Notes under the pieces: model-generated
Told to the model about the DNA's origin: nothing
What the model saw: only the letters and a program-made list of their open reading frames with translations
Database searches by the model: none
Made by a program: the position numbers and the translations under genes
Origin: an uncultured Actinomycetota bacterium
Lineage (GTDB): Bacteria; Actinomycetota; Actinomycetes; JAHEKZ01
Direction of reading: 5' to 3'
Length of the DNA: 64,000 nucleotides
Assembly: GCA_963718235.1 (NCBI GenBank)
Contig: CAVQYR010000002.1
Span: 320,001 to 384,000, forward strand
Shown: positions 20,030 through 30,938 of the stretch, one piece after another
Layout of the letters: every line of letters begins with the position of its first letter
Position numbering within the stretch: the first letter of the stretch is position 1

Positions 20030-20818
20030 TCAGAAGAACCGGATGTCGGTGATCGTCCCGGTCGCGAGCAAGCGGATGTAGAAGTCCGACAGCGCCACGC
20101 TGAACAGGGAAAGCCAGGCGAACATCGGGTGGCGGGTGTTGAGCCGCGACACCCAGGTCCACAGGCGGTAGCGGACCGGGTGCTTGGAGAAGTGCTTCAG
20201 GCGACCGCCAACGGTGTTGCGGCAGGAGTGACAGGACGCCGTGTAGAGCCACAGCAGCGTGGCGTTGGTGACCAGGATCAGCGTGCCGAGCCCCATGTGA
20301 CCCCAACGCAGCTCGGCGTCACGGAAGGAGATGATCGCGTCGTAGGTCAAGATCAGGTTGAAGACGAGCCCGAAGTAGAAGAAGTATCGATGGCTGTTCT
20401 GCAGGAGCAACGGCATCCGGGTCTCGCCCGTGTACTTGCGATGCGGCTCGGCCACGGCGCATGCGGGTGGAGACAGCCAGAACGAGCGGTAGTACGCCTT
20501 GCGGTAGTAGTAGCAGGTCATCCGGAACCCGAGCGGGAAGACCAGGATGAGCAGGGCCGGGGAGAAGGTCCACCAGTCGCCGACCAGGCGCCCCAGGTCG
20601 TCTGAACCCGGCGTGCAGTTCTCCGAGACGCACGGGGAGTAGAAGGGCGACAGGTACGGAGCGGCGAAGTAGTGGGCGTTCTCGAAGGCACGCCAGGTGG
20701 CATAGACGACGAAGGACAGCAGGACGAGCATCGTGATCCCTGGCATGACCCACCATCGGTCGGTGCGCAGGGTGCGGAAGGGGATGTGCGCGCGTACGGT
20801 CGTGCTCTGGTTCGCCAT
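20030..20818 (-). CDS. Sdh1-type membrane anchor (Rv0249c-like)
   Basis: RTDRWW, YLSPFYSPC, FRMTCYYYRKAYYRSFW, SCHSCR; directly upstream of sdhA. Confidence 0.85.
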   Translation of the reverse strand: MANQSTTVRAHIPFRTLRTDRWWVMPGITMLVLLSFVVYATWRAFENAHYFAAPYLSPFYSPCVSENCTPGSDDLGRLVGDWWTFSPALLILVFPLGFRMTCYYYRKAYYRSFWLSPPACAVAEPHRKYTGETRMPLLLQNSHRYFFYFGLVFNLILTYDAIISFRDAELRWGHMGLGTLILVTNATLLWLYTASCHSCRNTVGGRLKHFSKHPVRYRLWTWVSRLNTRHPMFAWLSLFSVALSDFYIRLLATGTITDIRFF

Positions 20819-20843
20819 CGGGGCCTCCGGCCGTCGCGTCGGG

Positions 20844-21098
20844 TCAGTCGTGGTCGGCGTCGCGGAAGAACTCCGGCGGGTAGGCGTGGTCGGGGACGAC
20901 GATGTGGGGCTCGTCGTTGGTCGGCGGCGCCTCTGGACCGACGAGCAGGTCGAGGTCCTCGGAGATCCGCTGGGCGTCGGCGAGCAGACGACGCATGTCG
21001 ACGGAGTCCCCGTGGTGGTCCTTGAGGACCTCCACGGCCGCGACGAGGTCTCGGGCCGCCTTCCGGGCTGTGGTGATCTCCGACTGCGACACGCTCAT
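20844..21098 (-). CDS. Small Sdh1-operon protein (Rv0250c-like)
   Basis: DMRRLLADAQRI...VPDHAYPPEFFRDAD; first gene of the operon. Confidence 0.7.
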   Translation of the reverse strand: MSVSQSEITTARKAARDLVAAVEVLKDHHGDSVDMRRLLADAQRISEDLDLLVGPEAPPTNDEPHIVVPDHAYPPEFFRDADHD

Positions 21099-21239
21099 GG
21101 GGCGACCTCCGGACGGGCTGCGCCGGCCTGCGACGACGCTGTGCGTGGGCAGTCTGTCTCAGGAGAGCATCGGCCGCCAGCACCTCGGCCAAGTCCGCGG
21201 ACCGGTGGGTGCGACGTCACCCGTGGCCGGGGGCCGGGG

Positions 21240-21881
21240 TCACTCGTCGACACACACGCACAGCTCGTTGCCCTCGGGATCGGTCAGGACCCAGAACGTC
21301 TCGAACGTGGCGACCAGGGACCCCCCGAGGGACACGAGGAGGTCACGCTTGGCTGCTGCCTCGTGGCGGGGCAGGTACAGGTCGAGGTGCAGTCGGTTCT
21401 TCACCGACTTGTCTTCGGGCACCTCCTGGAACCACACGGTCGGTCCGTGCCCCTCGGGGTCGATCAGGACACCGTCGTGGTCGATGTACCGCAGCGCGGT
21501 GGCCCACCAGGGACGCAGGATGGTGGCGTCTCGGCAGTCGATTCCGACCTCAAGTCGCGGCTTGCGGTCGAGCGCGTCGTCGGTGTGGACGCCGTGGTCC
21601 GCGGCGATCGCGGAGATCCGGTGAGCCATCTCGACGTCGAGCTGGGTGACCCCGCCGGCGGAGTGGGTCGACAGGGTGAGGTGCAACGTGCGCCACCGGA
21701 TGTCGATGTCGGGGTGGTGGTCCATGTCCTCGGCGGCGGTGGCGATGTCGTCGACCATGCGCACTGCGGTCGGGAAGTCGGCGGCGGAGATGCTGCGCAG
21801 CAGCGAGCGGTCGGCCAACCGCCATCCAGGGAGGTCGACCAGCTGGCGGGTGATCTCTTCGGTGTCGAGGAGGCGCGGCAT
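21240..21881 (-). CDS. Pterin-4a-carbinolamine dehydratase fused to VOC/glyoxalase-like domain
   Basis: DHHPDIDIRW...THSAGGVTQLD, then KNRLHLDL...DPEGNELCV. Confidence 0.88.
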   Translation of the reverse strand: MPRLLDTEEITRQLVDLPGWRLADRSLLRSISAADFPTAVRMVDDIATAAEDMDHHPDIDIRWRTLHLTLSTHSAGGVTQLDVEMAHRISAIAADHGVHTDDALDRKPRLEVGIDCRDATILRPWWATALRYIDHDGVLIDPEGHGPTVWFQEVPEDKSVKNRLHLDLYLPRHEAAAKRDLLVSLGGSLVATFETFWVLTDPEGNELCVCVDE

Positions 21882-21911
21882 GATCCCCACCCTGGCTGAC
21901 CCGCCCCACAG

Positions 21912-21946
21912 TGTCACTTCCGCTGTCACTTCCGCTGTCACTTCCG
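21912..21946. repeat. 3x 12-bp direct repeat TGTCACTTCCGC in divergent promoter region
   Basis: Copies at 21912, 21924 and 21936 (third copy 11/12). Confidence 0.9.
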
Positions 21947-21970
21947 GCCGAGGAGCCGGCGGGTGGCGGG

Positions 21971-21993
21971 TTGAACAAGATGTGAACTAGTTT
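21971..21993 (+). promoter_or_regulatory. 11-nt-spaced TGAAC direct repeat (PHO-box-like) abutting -10 TAGTTT of a leaderless start
   Basis: TTGAAC 21971 and GTGAAC 21982 (= GTTCAC-N5-GTTCAA on the minus strand); TAGTTT 21988-21993 is 6 nt before ATG 22000. Confidence 0.4.
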
Positions 21994-21999
21994 GGGCTC

Positions 22000-23100
22000 A
22001 TGTCCTTCGCGCTGCTGGAGATTCGTCGGGCAGCCCTGAAGTACGGCCTGCTCGCCGCAGCGGTCGCGCTCCTCGTCTTCCTGGTGCTCTTCCTGTGGAC
22101 GCTGTCCGGCGCGCTCATCCGCTCCTTCATCGGCACCCTGGAGGCCGCCGAGCTCGACGTCGTGGTCTACAGCGCGCAGGCCCGGGACAACGTCCAGGCC
22201 AGTCGACTCGAGCCCGACGTGGTAGCGGCGGTGGCGGCGGTGGATGGCGTGTCCGCCGCGGCGCCGTGGTCGACGACGACGCTCACCGGTGAGCTCGACG
22301 GTGAGCCGTCGGACCTCGGGTTGTTCGGGATCGACCCGCAGGGACCTGGGGCGCCGGCCGGGCTGACCGACGGCCGGCTGCCCACGGCGCTCGACGAGAC
22401 GGCGGTCGATGCGGGTGGTCAGGCGCAGATCGGCGACCTCATCGTGCTGCGCCCCAGCGGCATCGAGCTGAAGGTCGTCGGGCTGCTGAGAGGGGCCCAG
22501 TTCCTGGCCCAGCCCACTGCGTTCGTCGACCAGGCGACGTTCGACGAGGTGACCCGCGCCGCGAACCCCGAGGTGCCGTTCGTGCCGATCAACGCGGTGG
22601 CTGTCACCGCCGACGCCGGTACCGACCCCGGCGTGGTGGCTCAACGGGTCGAGGACGCAGTGCCAGGGGTGACCGCATACACCAAGCGGGCCGCTGTCGA
22701 TGCGGTGCCGGGAGTCGACCAGGTGGGCAGCACCTTCGTCATCCTGATCGCCGTCACCTTCCTGATCGCCGTGGTGGTCGTCGGCTTCTTCTTCCTCATC
22801 CTCACCGTCCAGAAGCAGCGGGTGTTCACGCTGCTCCGCGCGCTCGGTGACCCACCGCACCGTCTGGCCGCCGGACTCGCGCTCCAGATCACGGCCGTGG
22901 TCGCCGTGGCGTCGGTGGTCGCAGTCGGCGTGACGGCGTTGGCGATCGCCGGGCTCAACACCGGCATCCCGGTCTCGTTGTCGCCTCAGAGAGTGGCGAT
23001 CGTGGTGGCCGCGGTCCTCGCCTTCTCCTTGCTGGCCGGGATGGTCTCGGTGTCTCGCATTGCCCGACTCGACCCCGCGGCTGCCGCAGGTGCCAGGTGA
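22000..23100 (+). CDS. ABC exporter permease (MacB/FtsX-like)
   Basis: N-terminal TM, extracytoplasmic domain, three C-terminal TMs, LLRALG, IARLDP. Confidence 0.88.
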   Translation: MSFALLEIRRAALKYGLLAAAVALLVFLVLFLWTLSGALIRSFIGTLEAAELDVVVYSAQARDNVQASRLEPDVVAAVAAVDGVSAAAPWSTTTLTGELDGEPSDLGLFGIDPQGPGAPAGLTDGRLPTALDETAVDAGGQAQIGDLIVLRPSGIELKVVGLLRGAQFLAQPTAFVDQATFDEVTRAANPEVPFVPINAVAVTADAGTDPGVVAQRVEDAVPGVTAYTKRAAVDAVPGVDQVGSTFVILIAVTFLIAVVVVGFFFLILTVQKQRVFTLLRALGDPPHRLAAGLALQITAVVAVASVVAVGVTALAIAGLNTGIPVSLSPQRVAIVVAAVLAFSLLAGMVSVSRIARLDPAAAAGAR

Positions 23101-24200
23101 GGGTCGGGATCGCCGAGATCCGGCGACAGAAAGGCCGATTCCTGTTCATCACCGGTGCGCTTTCGTTCCTCGTCCTGCTCGTCCTGCTCCTGTCCGCCCT
23201 GTCCGACGGGCTGTTCTACGGCAACACCGGCGCCATCCGGAACGCTGACGCCCAGGCTTTCGCGTTCAGCTCCGACGCCGAAGGTTCCTTCGTGCGGTCG
23301 CGACTGCCAGATGCGGCGGTTGCCGAGCTGTCTTCGACGCCGGGGGTGAGTGCCGCCTCCCCCCTCGGCCTGCTGCTCACCGGCGGTGAGGGCCCGGACG
23401 GCGGCGTTGACGTTGCCCTGTTCGGTTTCGAGCCCGACGGCGCGGGTGCGCCGACGGGGCTCGTCGAGGGGCGGTTGCCCCGGCCTGAGGAGAACAATGT
23501 CTCGGCCGTGAGCACCGCAATGCGGGACCAGGGGGTCGTCCTCGGCTCGACCATCACCCTGGGCACGGTTGCGATCGAGGTGGTCGGGTTCGTCGAGGAC
23601 GCCGAGTACCAGGGGCAGTCCTCGATGTGGGCCACCGTGCCGACCTGGGCCGAGGCTCGGGCAGCAGTGCGCCCTGAGACCCGCGGGGAGACCGGCGTCA
23701 TCACCGCGGTGGCGCTGCAGCTCGACGACGGCGTCACCGTGGACGACCTCGAGGCGCCCGCTGGCACCAGCATTCTCACCACGGCCGAGTCCTACCTGGC
23801 GATCCCCGGGGTCGAGCAGCAGCGTTCGACGTTCTCCAGCATCGTCACCACGACCTACCTGGTCGCGGCCATCGTCGTCGCTCTCTTCTTCGCCCTGCTC
23901 ACCTTGGAGAAGCGTGACCTGTTCGCCGCACTGAAAGCCCTGGGTGCCTCGACCCGACGCCTGGCCGGGATCCTGTTCTCCCAGGCCATCGTGACGTCGG
24001 CCATCGCGCTCGTGGCGGGGGCAGGTCTGGCGTGGCTGCTCGGTGGCGCTGTGCCCGACCAGGTGCCGGTCCTGTTCCTGCCCGGCACGTTGATCACCGT
24101 CGCGATCTCCACGTTCGTGTCATCCCTCGTCGGCGCCGTCTTCTCGTTACGTCGCATCGCCCGGATCGATCCAGCCACCGCACTCGGAGGAACCCTGTGA
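23097..24200 (+). CDS. ABC exporter permease (MacB/FtsX-like), second paralog
   Basis: Same architecture, ALKALGAS, IARIDPATAL; GTGA overlap. Confidence 0.88.
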   Translation: MRVGIAEIRRQKGRFLFITGALSFLVLLVLLLSALSDGLFYGNTGAIRNADAQAFAFSSDAEGSFVRSRLPDAAVAELSSTPGVSAASPLGLLLTGGEGPDGGVDVALFGFEPDGAGAPTGLVEGRLPRPEENNVSAVSTAMRDQGVVLGSTITLGTVAIEVVGFVEDAEYQGQSSMWATVPTWAEARAAVRPETRGETGVITAVALQLDDGVTVDDLEAPAGTSILTTAESYLAIPGVEQQRSTFSSIVTTTYLVAAIVVALFFALLTLEKRDLFAALKALGASTRRLAGILFSQAIVTSAIALVAGAGLAWLLGGAVPDQVPVLFLPGTLITVAISTFVSSLVGAVFSLRRIARIDPATALGGTL

Positions 24201-24916
24201 ACGCGCTCACCGATGTCCGCTCGCTGCTGGTCGCCGAAGACGTCACGAAGACGTACGGCAGTGGGCACACCGCCGTCACCGCCGTGGAGAATGCGTCGCT
24301 TGCGGTGAACGAAGGTGAGTTCGTCGCCCTCGTCGGACCGTCGGGCTCGGGCAAGACGACGCTGCTGTCCATCCTCGGGGGGCTGCTCACGCCGACGAAT
24401 GGTCGGGTCCTGATGGGTGACACCAGGGTCGACGAGCTCAGCAAGAAGGACTTGACCAAGTTCCGCGCTGCCCGGGTCGGCTTCGTGTTCCAGACGGCCA
24501 ACCTCGTGCCGTTTCTCACCGCGCGGGAGAACATCACCCTGATGAACGACCTGGCCGGTGGTCGGCTCTCGCGCAAGGACGCTCGACTTCGGGCCGAGCG
24601 ACTCATGGCCGAGCTTGGCCTTGCCGAGCGTGCCGACAACGTGCCGGAGAAGCTGTCGGGCGGTGAGCGGCAGCGAGTGGCCATCGGCCGGGCCCTGATG
24701 AACGACCCCGAGATCCTGCTCGTCGACGAGCCCACAGCCTCGCTGGACACCGAACGTGGGCGGCAGGTCGTCCAGCTGTTGGCGCGGGAGATCAAGGAGC
24801 GTTCCAAGACCGGGATCATGGTCACCCACGACCTGCGGATGGTGGAGTACACCGATCGGGTCTACGAGATCCTGGACGGGCACGTCACCGAGGAAGCGCG
24901 CACACAGGAGGCATGA
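24197..24916 (+). CDS. ABC transporter ATP-binding protein (LolD/MacB-like)
   Basis: GPSGSGKTT, LSGGERQR, LLVDEPTASLD. Confidence 0.93.
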   Translation: MNALTDVRSLLVAEDVTKTYGSGHTAVTAVENASLAVNEGEFVALVGPSGSGKTTLLSILGGLLTPTNGRVLMGDTRVDELSKKDLTKFRAARVGFVFQTANLVPFLTARENITLMNDLAGGRLSRKDARLRAERLMAELGLAERADNVPEKLSGGERQRVAIGRALMNDPEILLVDEPTASLDTERGRQVVQLLAREIKERSKTGIMVTHDLRMVEYTDRVYEILDGHVTEEARTQEA

Positions 24917-25839
24917 TGTCGCTGGAGAGGTCGGTTCGGCATCACCTTCTGGCAGGTCGTGACTTCGACCTCCGCCACCATCCTTCCGACTGGTTGCCTG
25001 ACGAGTGGCGACACCTTGACAAGGATGCGCTCAAGCAGGCGAGCTCGGAGGCACTCGAACGCAGCAAGGACGACCTGGACCGGGCCCAGGAGCTGCTCTA
25101 CGCGGATGACCGCTACTCGTTGCTGCTCGTGTTCCAGGCCATGGACGCTGCGGGCAAGGACGGCACGATCCGACATGTCATGTCGGGGGTGAACCCACAG
25201 GGCTGCCAGGTCACGTCGTTCAAGCAACCGAGCGCCGAGGAGCGCGACCACGACTTCCTCTGGCGGTGCACGAAGGCACTCCCCGAGCGCGGAAGGATCG
25301 GGATCTTCAACCGCTCCTACTACGAGGAGGTGCTCGTCGTCCGGGTGCACCCGGAGATCCTGGACGGCCAGCAGCTGCCGCCCGGGCCGCGCGGTGAGGA
25401 GCTCTGGGCGCAGCGGTACGCGTCGATCGTCGCGTTCGAGCGACACCTCGTCAGCAACGGGACTGTCGTGGTGAAGTTCTTCCTGAACGTGGGCCCTGAC
25501 GAGCAGAGGAAGCGGTTCCTCGATCGACTGGAGGAGCCGGCGAAGAACTGGAAGTTCAGCGCCGGTGACGTCGCCGAGCGCCAGCACTGGGACGACTACA
25601 TGGCTGCCTACTCCGCGGCCATCCGCGCGACGTCCACGCAGGAGGCGCCCTGGTACGTGATCCCGGCCGACCGCAAGGGCGTCATGCGGGCCCTGGTGGC
25701 CGAGGTCGTCACCGAGACCGTGCGGCGGCTCGACCTGCGCTTCCCGCAGGTGAGCGACGAGCAGCGCCGGGAGTTCTTGCGGGCGCGGGCGCTCCTCGAC
25801 GCCGAATCCGCGGGAACCGGGTCGGTCGGGACGGCGTAG
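24913..25839 (+). CDS. ppk2: Polyphosphate kinase 2 family protein (class III-like)
   Basis: [46 protein letters not shown]; ATGA overlap with the ATPase. Confidence 0.92.
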   Translation: MMSLERSVRHHLLAGRDFDLRHHPSDWLPDEWRHLDKDALKQASSEALERSKDDLDRAQELLYADDRYSLLLVFQAMDAAGKDGTIRHVMSGVNPQGCQVTSFKQPSAEERDHDFLWRCTKALPERGRIGIFNRSYYEEVLVVRVHPEILDGQQLPPGPRGEELWAQRYASIVAFERHLVSNGTVVVKFFLNVGPDEQRKRFLDRLEEPAKNWKFSAGDVAERQHWDDYMAAYSAAIRATSTQEAPWYVIPADRKGVMRALVAEVVTETVRRLDLRFPQVSDEQRREFLRARALLDAESAGTGSVGTA

Positions 25840-25941
25840 GATAGGCCCTCGTCTGCTGCAGACGGCGTTCCTCGGGTGCGGTCTCGGCGTTCCGCCCGCG
25901 GGCTCCGTTCGCGGCATCCCTCCTCTGAAGTGAGCCTTGGC

Positions 25942-27802
25942 ATGTCCACGCCCGTCCCCACGACCAGCCGCGCCGACCTGCGCAACATCGCCATCGTCGC
26001 CCACGTCGACCACGGCAAGACCACCCTCGTCGACGCCATGCTGTGGCAGTCAGGGGCGTTCCGGGAGAACCAGGACGTGGCCGACCGGGTCATGGACTCC
26101 GGGGAGCTGGAGCGGGAGAAGGGGATCACGATCCTGGCCAAGAACACCGCCGTGAAGCACGGTGGGATCACCCTCAACATCATCGACACCCCCGGACACG
26201 CCGACTTCGGCGGTGAGGTCGAGCGAGGGCTGGAGATGGTTGACGGCGTCCTGCTCCTCGTCGACGCCAGCGAGGGGCCACTGCCGCAGACCCGTTTCGT
26301 GCTGCGCAAGGCACTTGCAGAAGCGGCTGCCCGTCGTCCTGGTGGTGAACAAGGTCGACCGCCCTGATGCCCGGATCAAGGAGATCGTCGACGAGACCTA
26401 CGAGCTCTTCCTCGACCTCGACGCCACCGACGACCAGATCGACTTCCCGATCGTCTACGCCTCTGCGAAGGCGGGGCGGGCGTCTCTGCAACGCCCCGAC
26501 GACGGTGGGATGCCCGACGCGGAGGACCTCGAGCCGCTGTTCGAGACCATCGTCGGCACCATCCCGGCCCCCGCCTACACCGAGGGCGCGCCGCTCCAGG
26601 CGCACGTCACGAACCTGGATGCGTCGCCCTACCTGGGTCGGCTGGCCCTGTGCCGGGTGCACGAAGGCTGGATCCGCAAGGGTCAGCAGGTCGCCTGGTG
26701 CCGCACGGACGGAAGCATCGTCCCGGTCAAGGTCACCGAGCTGCTCGTCACCGAGGCCCTCGACCGCGTCCCCGCAGACGAGGCGGGGCCCGGCGACATC
26801 ATCGCCATCGCAGGAATCCCCGAGATCACCATCGGTGAGACGCTCGCCGACGCCGACGACCCCCGTCCGCTCCCGGTGATCACCGTCGACGAGCCGTCGA
26901 TCTCGATGACGATCGGCATCAACACTGCCCCGCTGGCCGGGCAGAGCGGCAAGAAGCTCACCGCCAGCCAGGTGAAGAGCCGGTTGGACGCCGAGCTCGT
27001 CGGCAACGTCTCGATCCGGGTACTGCCCACCGAGCGGCCTGACACCTGGGAGGTACAGGGCCGCGGCGAGCTGCAGCTCGCCGTCCTGGTCGAGCAGATG
27101 CGTCGAGAGGGGTTCGAGCTGACCGTGGGCAAGCCCCAGGTCGTGACCCGTGAGATCGACGGCAAGGTGCACGAGCCGGTCGAGCGGCTGACCGTCGACA
27201 TACCCGAGGACTACCTGGGCGTCGTGACCCAGCTGATGGCCCTGCGCAAGGGGCGCATGGAGCAGATGGTCAACCACGGCACCGGCTGGGTCCGGCTGGA
27301 GTACATCGTGCCGGCCCGGGGCCTGATCGGCTTTCGGACCGAGTTCCTCACCGAGACCCGCGGCACGGGGCTGCTGCACCACGTCTTCGACCGGTACGAG
27401 CCGTGGTTCGGCGAGCTGCGCACCCGCCCGACGGGCTCCCTGGTCGCTGACCGTCGCGGCGCCACGACCGGGTTCGCGCTGGCGAACCTGCAGGAGCGCG
27501 GCACGATGTTCGTCGGCCCCGGTACGGAGGTGTACGAGGGCATGATCGTGGGCGAGAACTCCCGGTCCGACGACATGGACGTCAACGCGACCAAGGAGAA
27601 GAAGCTCACCAACATGCGTCAGTCATCCGGCGACGTTCTGGTGCCGCTTATCCCCCACAAGCAGGTGTCGATGGAACAGGCGCTGGAGTTCTGCCGCGAG
27701 GACGAGTGCGTGGAGGTCACCCCCGCTGCGGTCCGGATCCGCAAGCAGGTGCTGGACGCCGCCACCCGAAATCGGACCCGGGCCCGGGCCAAGCGGGACT
27801 GA
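25942..27802 (+). CDS. typA: Translational GTPase TypA/BipA (apparent +1 frameshift at ~26315)
   Basis: [18 protein letters not shown] and [14 protein letters not shown] in one frame; [15 protein letters not shown] and the remainder in the +1 frame. Confidence 0.95.
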
Positions 27803-27979
27803 CCAGGGGGCCCGGCCGGGGGCCGAGGTCGCCGTCCGGTAAACGGGCGGTCTCGACTGGGCGCAGGTGGGGTCACGATTCGGCATACCCGGCGCCACAC
27901 GTTCCGCCAGTGGCGGTTCAGGCTTTAGTGTTCGCAGGGTTCGCCCCCCTGAACCGTTCCCGGAGGATCGCGCCGCCCT

Positions 27980-29011
27980 ATGTCGAGCCCGCACTTCCCG
28001 AGCCCCGTCGAGGAGCAGATCCTCGACCAGGCACCGACGTCGACCCTGGTCGACGTCGAAGAGCCCAAGGCGGTCGCCGGGCGGTCCCTGACCCAGCTGG
28101 CCTGGGCCCGGCTGCGGCGGGACAAGTGGGCGATGGCCGCACTCATCTTCATCATCCTGCTCACGCTGACCGCTCTGCTGGCCCCGCTGGTCGCCAACGT
28201 GCTGAACATCGACCCGAACGAGCCCGACCGTGACTACCTCGACGACGCGACGGGCGGGCTTCCGATCGGGTGGCTCAAGTCGGGAATCAGCTGGGACCAC
28301 CCACTGGGCGTCGAGCCCGGTAGTGGGCGCGACATCGCGGCCCTTCTGCTCTACGGCGCCCGGATCTCGCTGCTCATCGCGGCTGCGTCCACGATCATGG
28401 TGGTCATCCTGGGCGTCGTCATCGGTGCCGCCACGGGCTACCTGGGTGGCCGGTTCGACGCGGTGGTCGGCCGGATCATGGACTTCGTCCTCGTGTTCCC
28501 CCTGCTGCTGATGCTGGTGGCCCTGTCCAAGCCACTCACCGAGCGGCTGCAGGACGCGCTGAGCCTCACCGGCCTCCAGGCCCGGATCCTGTACATGATC
28601 CTGGTCTTCAGCTTCTTCGGCTGGCCCTACCTGGCCCGGATCGTGCGTGGCCAGGTGCTCAGCCTGCGTGAACGTGAGTTCGTCGAGTCGGCGATTGCGA
28701 TGGGCGCCGGCAGCCGACGGATCATCTTCAAGGAGGTCGTCCCCAACCTCTGGGCGCCGGTGATCGTGTACGCGACGCTGGCGCTGCCGACGTTCATCGC
28801 CGCCGAGGCGGCCCTGTCCTTCCTGGGCGTGGGCATCGTCCCACCGGAGGTCACCTGGGGCAAGATGCTGGCCGACTCGGTGGTCTACTACAACGTCGTC
28901 CCGACCTACCTCTTCATCCCGGGCACCCTGCTGTTCCTGGTCGTGCTCGCCTTCAACCTCTTCGGCGACGCCGTCCGTGACGCGCTCGACCCACGGGCAG
29001 GCCGGGTATGA
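27980..29011 (+). CDS. Oligopeptide ABC permease (OppC/BldKA-like)
   Basis: HPLGVEP..GRD, ARIVRGQVLSLREREFVESA, EAALSFLGVG, FGDAVRDALDP. Confidence 0.92.
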   Translation: MSSPHFPSPVEEQILDQAPTSTLVDVEEPKAVAGRSLTQLAWARLRRDKWAMAALIFIILLTLTALLAPLVANVLNIDPNEPDRDYLDDATGGLPIGWLKSGISWDHPLGVEPGSGRDIAALLLYGARISLLIAAASTIMVVILGVVIGAATGYLGGRFDAVVGRIMDFVLVFPLLLMLVALSKPLTERLQDALSLTGLQARILYMILVFSFFGWPYLARIVRGQVLSLREREFVESAIAMGAGSRRIIFKEVVPNLWAPVIVYATLALPTFIAAEAALSFLGVGIVPPEVTWGKMLADSVVYYNVVPTYLFIPGTLLFLVVLAFNLFGDAVRDALDPRAGRV

Positions 29012-29112
29012 ACCCAGACTCGCACGACCCAACCGGTCGGGCAGAAAGCCGCCCTTCGTGGCGGTCCGACGGACCGGGGCAACCGCCCCGGCCGCAGATC
29101 AGGAGGAGATTC

Positions 29113-30843
29113 ATGGGCAAGGCCACGACTGGCCTGCGCGCGGCAACTCTCGTCGGTGTGGGCGCTCTGCTCCTCACCGCGTGTGGTGGCAGCGGCGGCG
29201 GAGATGACAACACGGCAGCGGCAGGTGACGCCCAGCAGGGTGGCACGCTGCGAATCCTGTCCCAAGGAACCCAGATCCTGAGTCTGGACCCGCAGCGCAA
29301 CTACACCGGCGAGGACCTCGCGTTCGCGAACGGCTTCCTGACCCGGAGCCTGACCTCGTACGTGTACGAGGAAGGATCCGCGGGGTGGAACATCGAGCCC
29401 GACCTCGCCACCGACACCGGTACGTCCAACGAGGACGCCACCGAGTGGTCGTTCACCCTGCGTGACGGTGTGACCTGGCAGACCGGTGACCCGGTCACCT
29501 GCGAAGACGTGAAGTACGGCGTCTCCCGCACGTTCGCCCAGACGGTCATCACCGGTGGCCCCACCTACGCGATCTCGATGCTGGACATCCCCAAGGACAA
29601 GGACGGCAACTCCGTCTACAAGGGACCGTACGAGACCAAGAACAACGACACCGCCGCGTTCGACGAGGCGGTCACCTGCTCCGACGACAACAAGACCATC
29701 ACCTTCAAGATGTCGCGACCGGTGCCGGACTTCAACAGCGCCGTGACGCTGTCGGCGTTCTCCCCGGTGCCCAAGGATGCCGACACTGGTGAGAAGTACC
29801 AGGACAACATCGTCGCGACGGGGCCTTACCAGATCCAGGAGTACAAGAAGAACCAGCAGCTCGTGCTGGAGCGCAACCCGAACTGGGACGCCGCCTCCGA
29901 CCCGAGCCGCCCGGCCTACCCCGACGAGATCATCATGGAGTTCGGCCTCGACGGGAACACGATCGACCAGCGGCTGATCGCCAGCCAGGGCGACGACACG
30001 ACGGCGCTCTCGAACTCCGACCTCCAGTCGACCGTGCTGAACCAGGTCTTCAACGACCCGCAGTACGAGGACCGCAGGTTCAACGAGCCCGACCCGTACA
30101 CCAGCTACATCGCCATCGACACCCTCCAGGTGCCGAACGTCAAGCACCGTCAGGCGCTGGCAGTCTGCCTCGACCGGGCCGCTCGCCGCACGATCGCCGG
30201 TGGCGACTTCGCCGGTGACCTCGCCGACGGTGTGATCAAGAACAACTTCATCGGCTACGAGCCCACGGGCATGTGGGACGGCGCACTCGGCGAGACCATC
30301 CCGGCCGAGGGCAACGTCGAGTTCGGCAAGAAGCTGCTGGCCGAGGCCGGAGAGCCGATGCCGAAGATCCGCTACGACTACTCGCAGAGCCCCACGGCCG
30401 ACAAGTCGGCAGCGTCGCTCGTCGAGTCCGAGAAGCGCTGTGGCATCGAGGTCGAGGCCAACCCGATCGACTCCGGTCAGTTCTACGGCATCGTGCTCGA
30501 CCCCGCCAAGCGCGGTGCGATGATCAGTGGTGGCTGGGGTGCCGACTGGGGCAACGCGTCCACCGTCGTGCCTGAGCTGCTCGCCAGCTTCGGCGGGTGG
30601 AACCTGTCGGACTGGAAGAACGCCGAGTTCGACAAGGGTGTCGAAGAGGCACTCGTGACGCTCGACCCGGAGGAGCAGCAGGGTCAGTGGAACGCCCTCA
30701 ACGCGCAGGCGATGACGGAGGCTCCGGTGATCCCGACGCTGTTCGGCAACCTGCAGCGGATGGTCGGCACCGACATCGGTGGCGAGTTCATCTGGGCGCC
30801 GTACGGGTCCTGGAACTACGGCACGATCTACATCAACCAGTAG
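29113..30843 (+). CDS. Oligopeptide ABC substrate-binding lipoprotein (OppA/BldKB-like)
   Basis: AGGAGG SD; lipobox LTAC; SLDPQRNY, PDLAT, WSFTLRDG, TGPYQI. Confidence 0.92.
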   Translation: MGKATTGLRAATLVGVGALLLTACGGSGGGDDNTAAAGDAQQGGTLRILSQGTQILSLDPQRNYTGEDLAFANGFLTRSLTSYVYEEGSAGWNIEPDLATDTGTSNEDATEWSFTLRDGVTWQTGDPVTCEDVKYGVSRTFAQTVITGGPTYAISMLDIPKDKDGNSVYKGPYETKNNDTAAFDEAVTCSDDNKTITFKMSRPVPDFNSAVTLSAFSPVPKDADTGEKYQDNIVATGPYQIQEYKKNQQLVLERNPNWDAASDPSRPAYPDEIIMEFGLDGNTIDQRLIASQGDDTTALSNSDLQSTVLNQVFNDPQYEDRRFNEPDPYTSYIAIDTLQVPNVKHRQALAVCLDRAARRTIAGGDFAGDLADGVIKNNFIGYEPTGMWDGALGETIPAEGNVEFGKKLLAEAGEPMPKIRYDYSQSPTADKSAASLVESEKRCGIEVEANPIDSGQFYGIVLDPAKRGAMISGGWGADWGNASTVVPELLASFGGWNLSDWKNAEFDKGVEEALVTLDPEEQQGQWNALNAQAMTEAPVIPTLFGNLQRMVGTDIGGEFIWAPYGSWNYGTIYINQ

Positions 30844-30857
30844 TAGCTGGTACCGAG

Positions 30858-30896
30858 GGTCTGGTCCGGGGCGCCACGAGCGTCCCGGACCAGACC
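30858..30896 (+). terminator. Intercistronic stem-loop after the binding-protein gene
   Basis: GGTCTGGTCCGGGGCGC-cacga-GCGTCCCGGACCAGACC, 17-bp stem with one G-U pair. Confidence 0.7.
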
Positions 30897-30938
30897 ACGG
30901 TTCACGCAACACTCTGATCTTCTCGAGAAGGGGCAGCC

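Noticed and set aside
25942-27802. typA pseudogene or programmed frameshift
   Set aside because: Both halves are intact, no slippery sequence is visible, and it is the same +1 type as the other breaks.
10521-30912. Long antisense ORFs (10521-12539, 5688-7163, 27623-29032, 28906-30912 etc.)
   Set aside because: Mirror frames of well-supported genes, expected in high-GC DNA.
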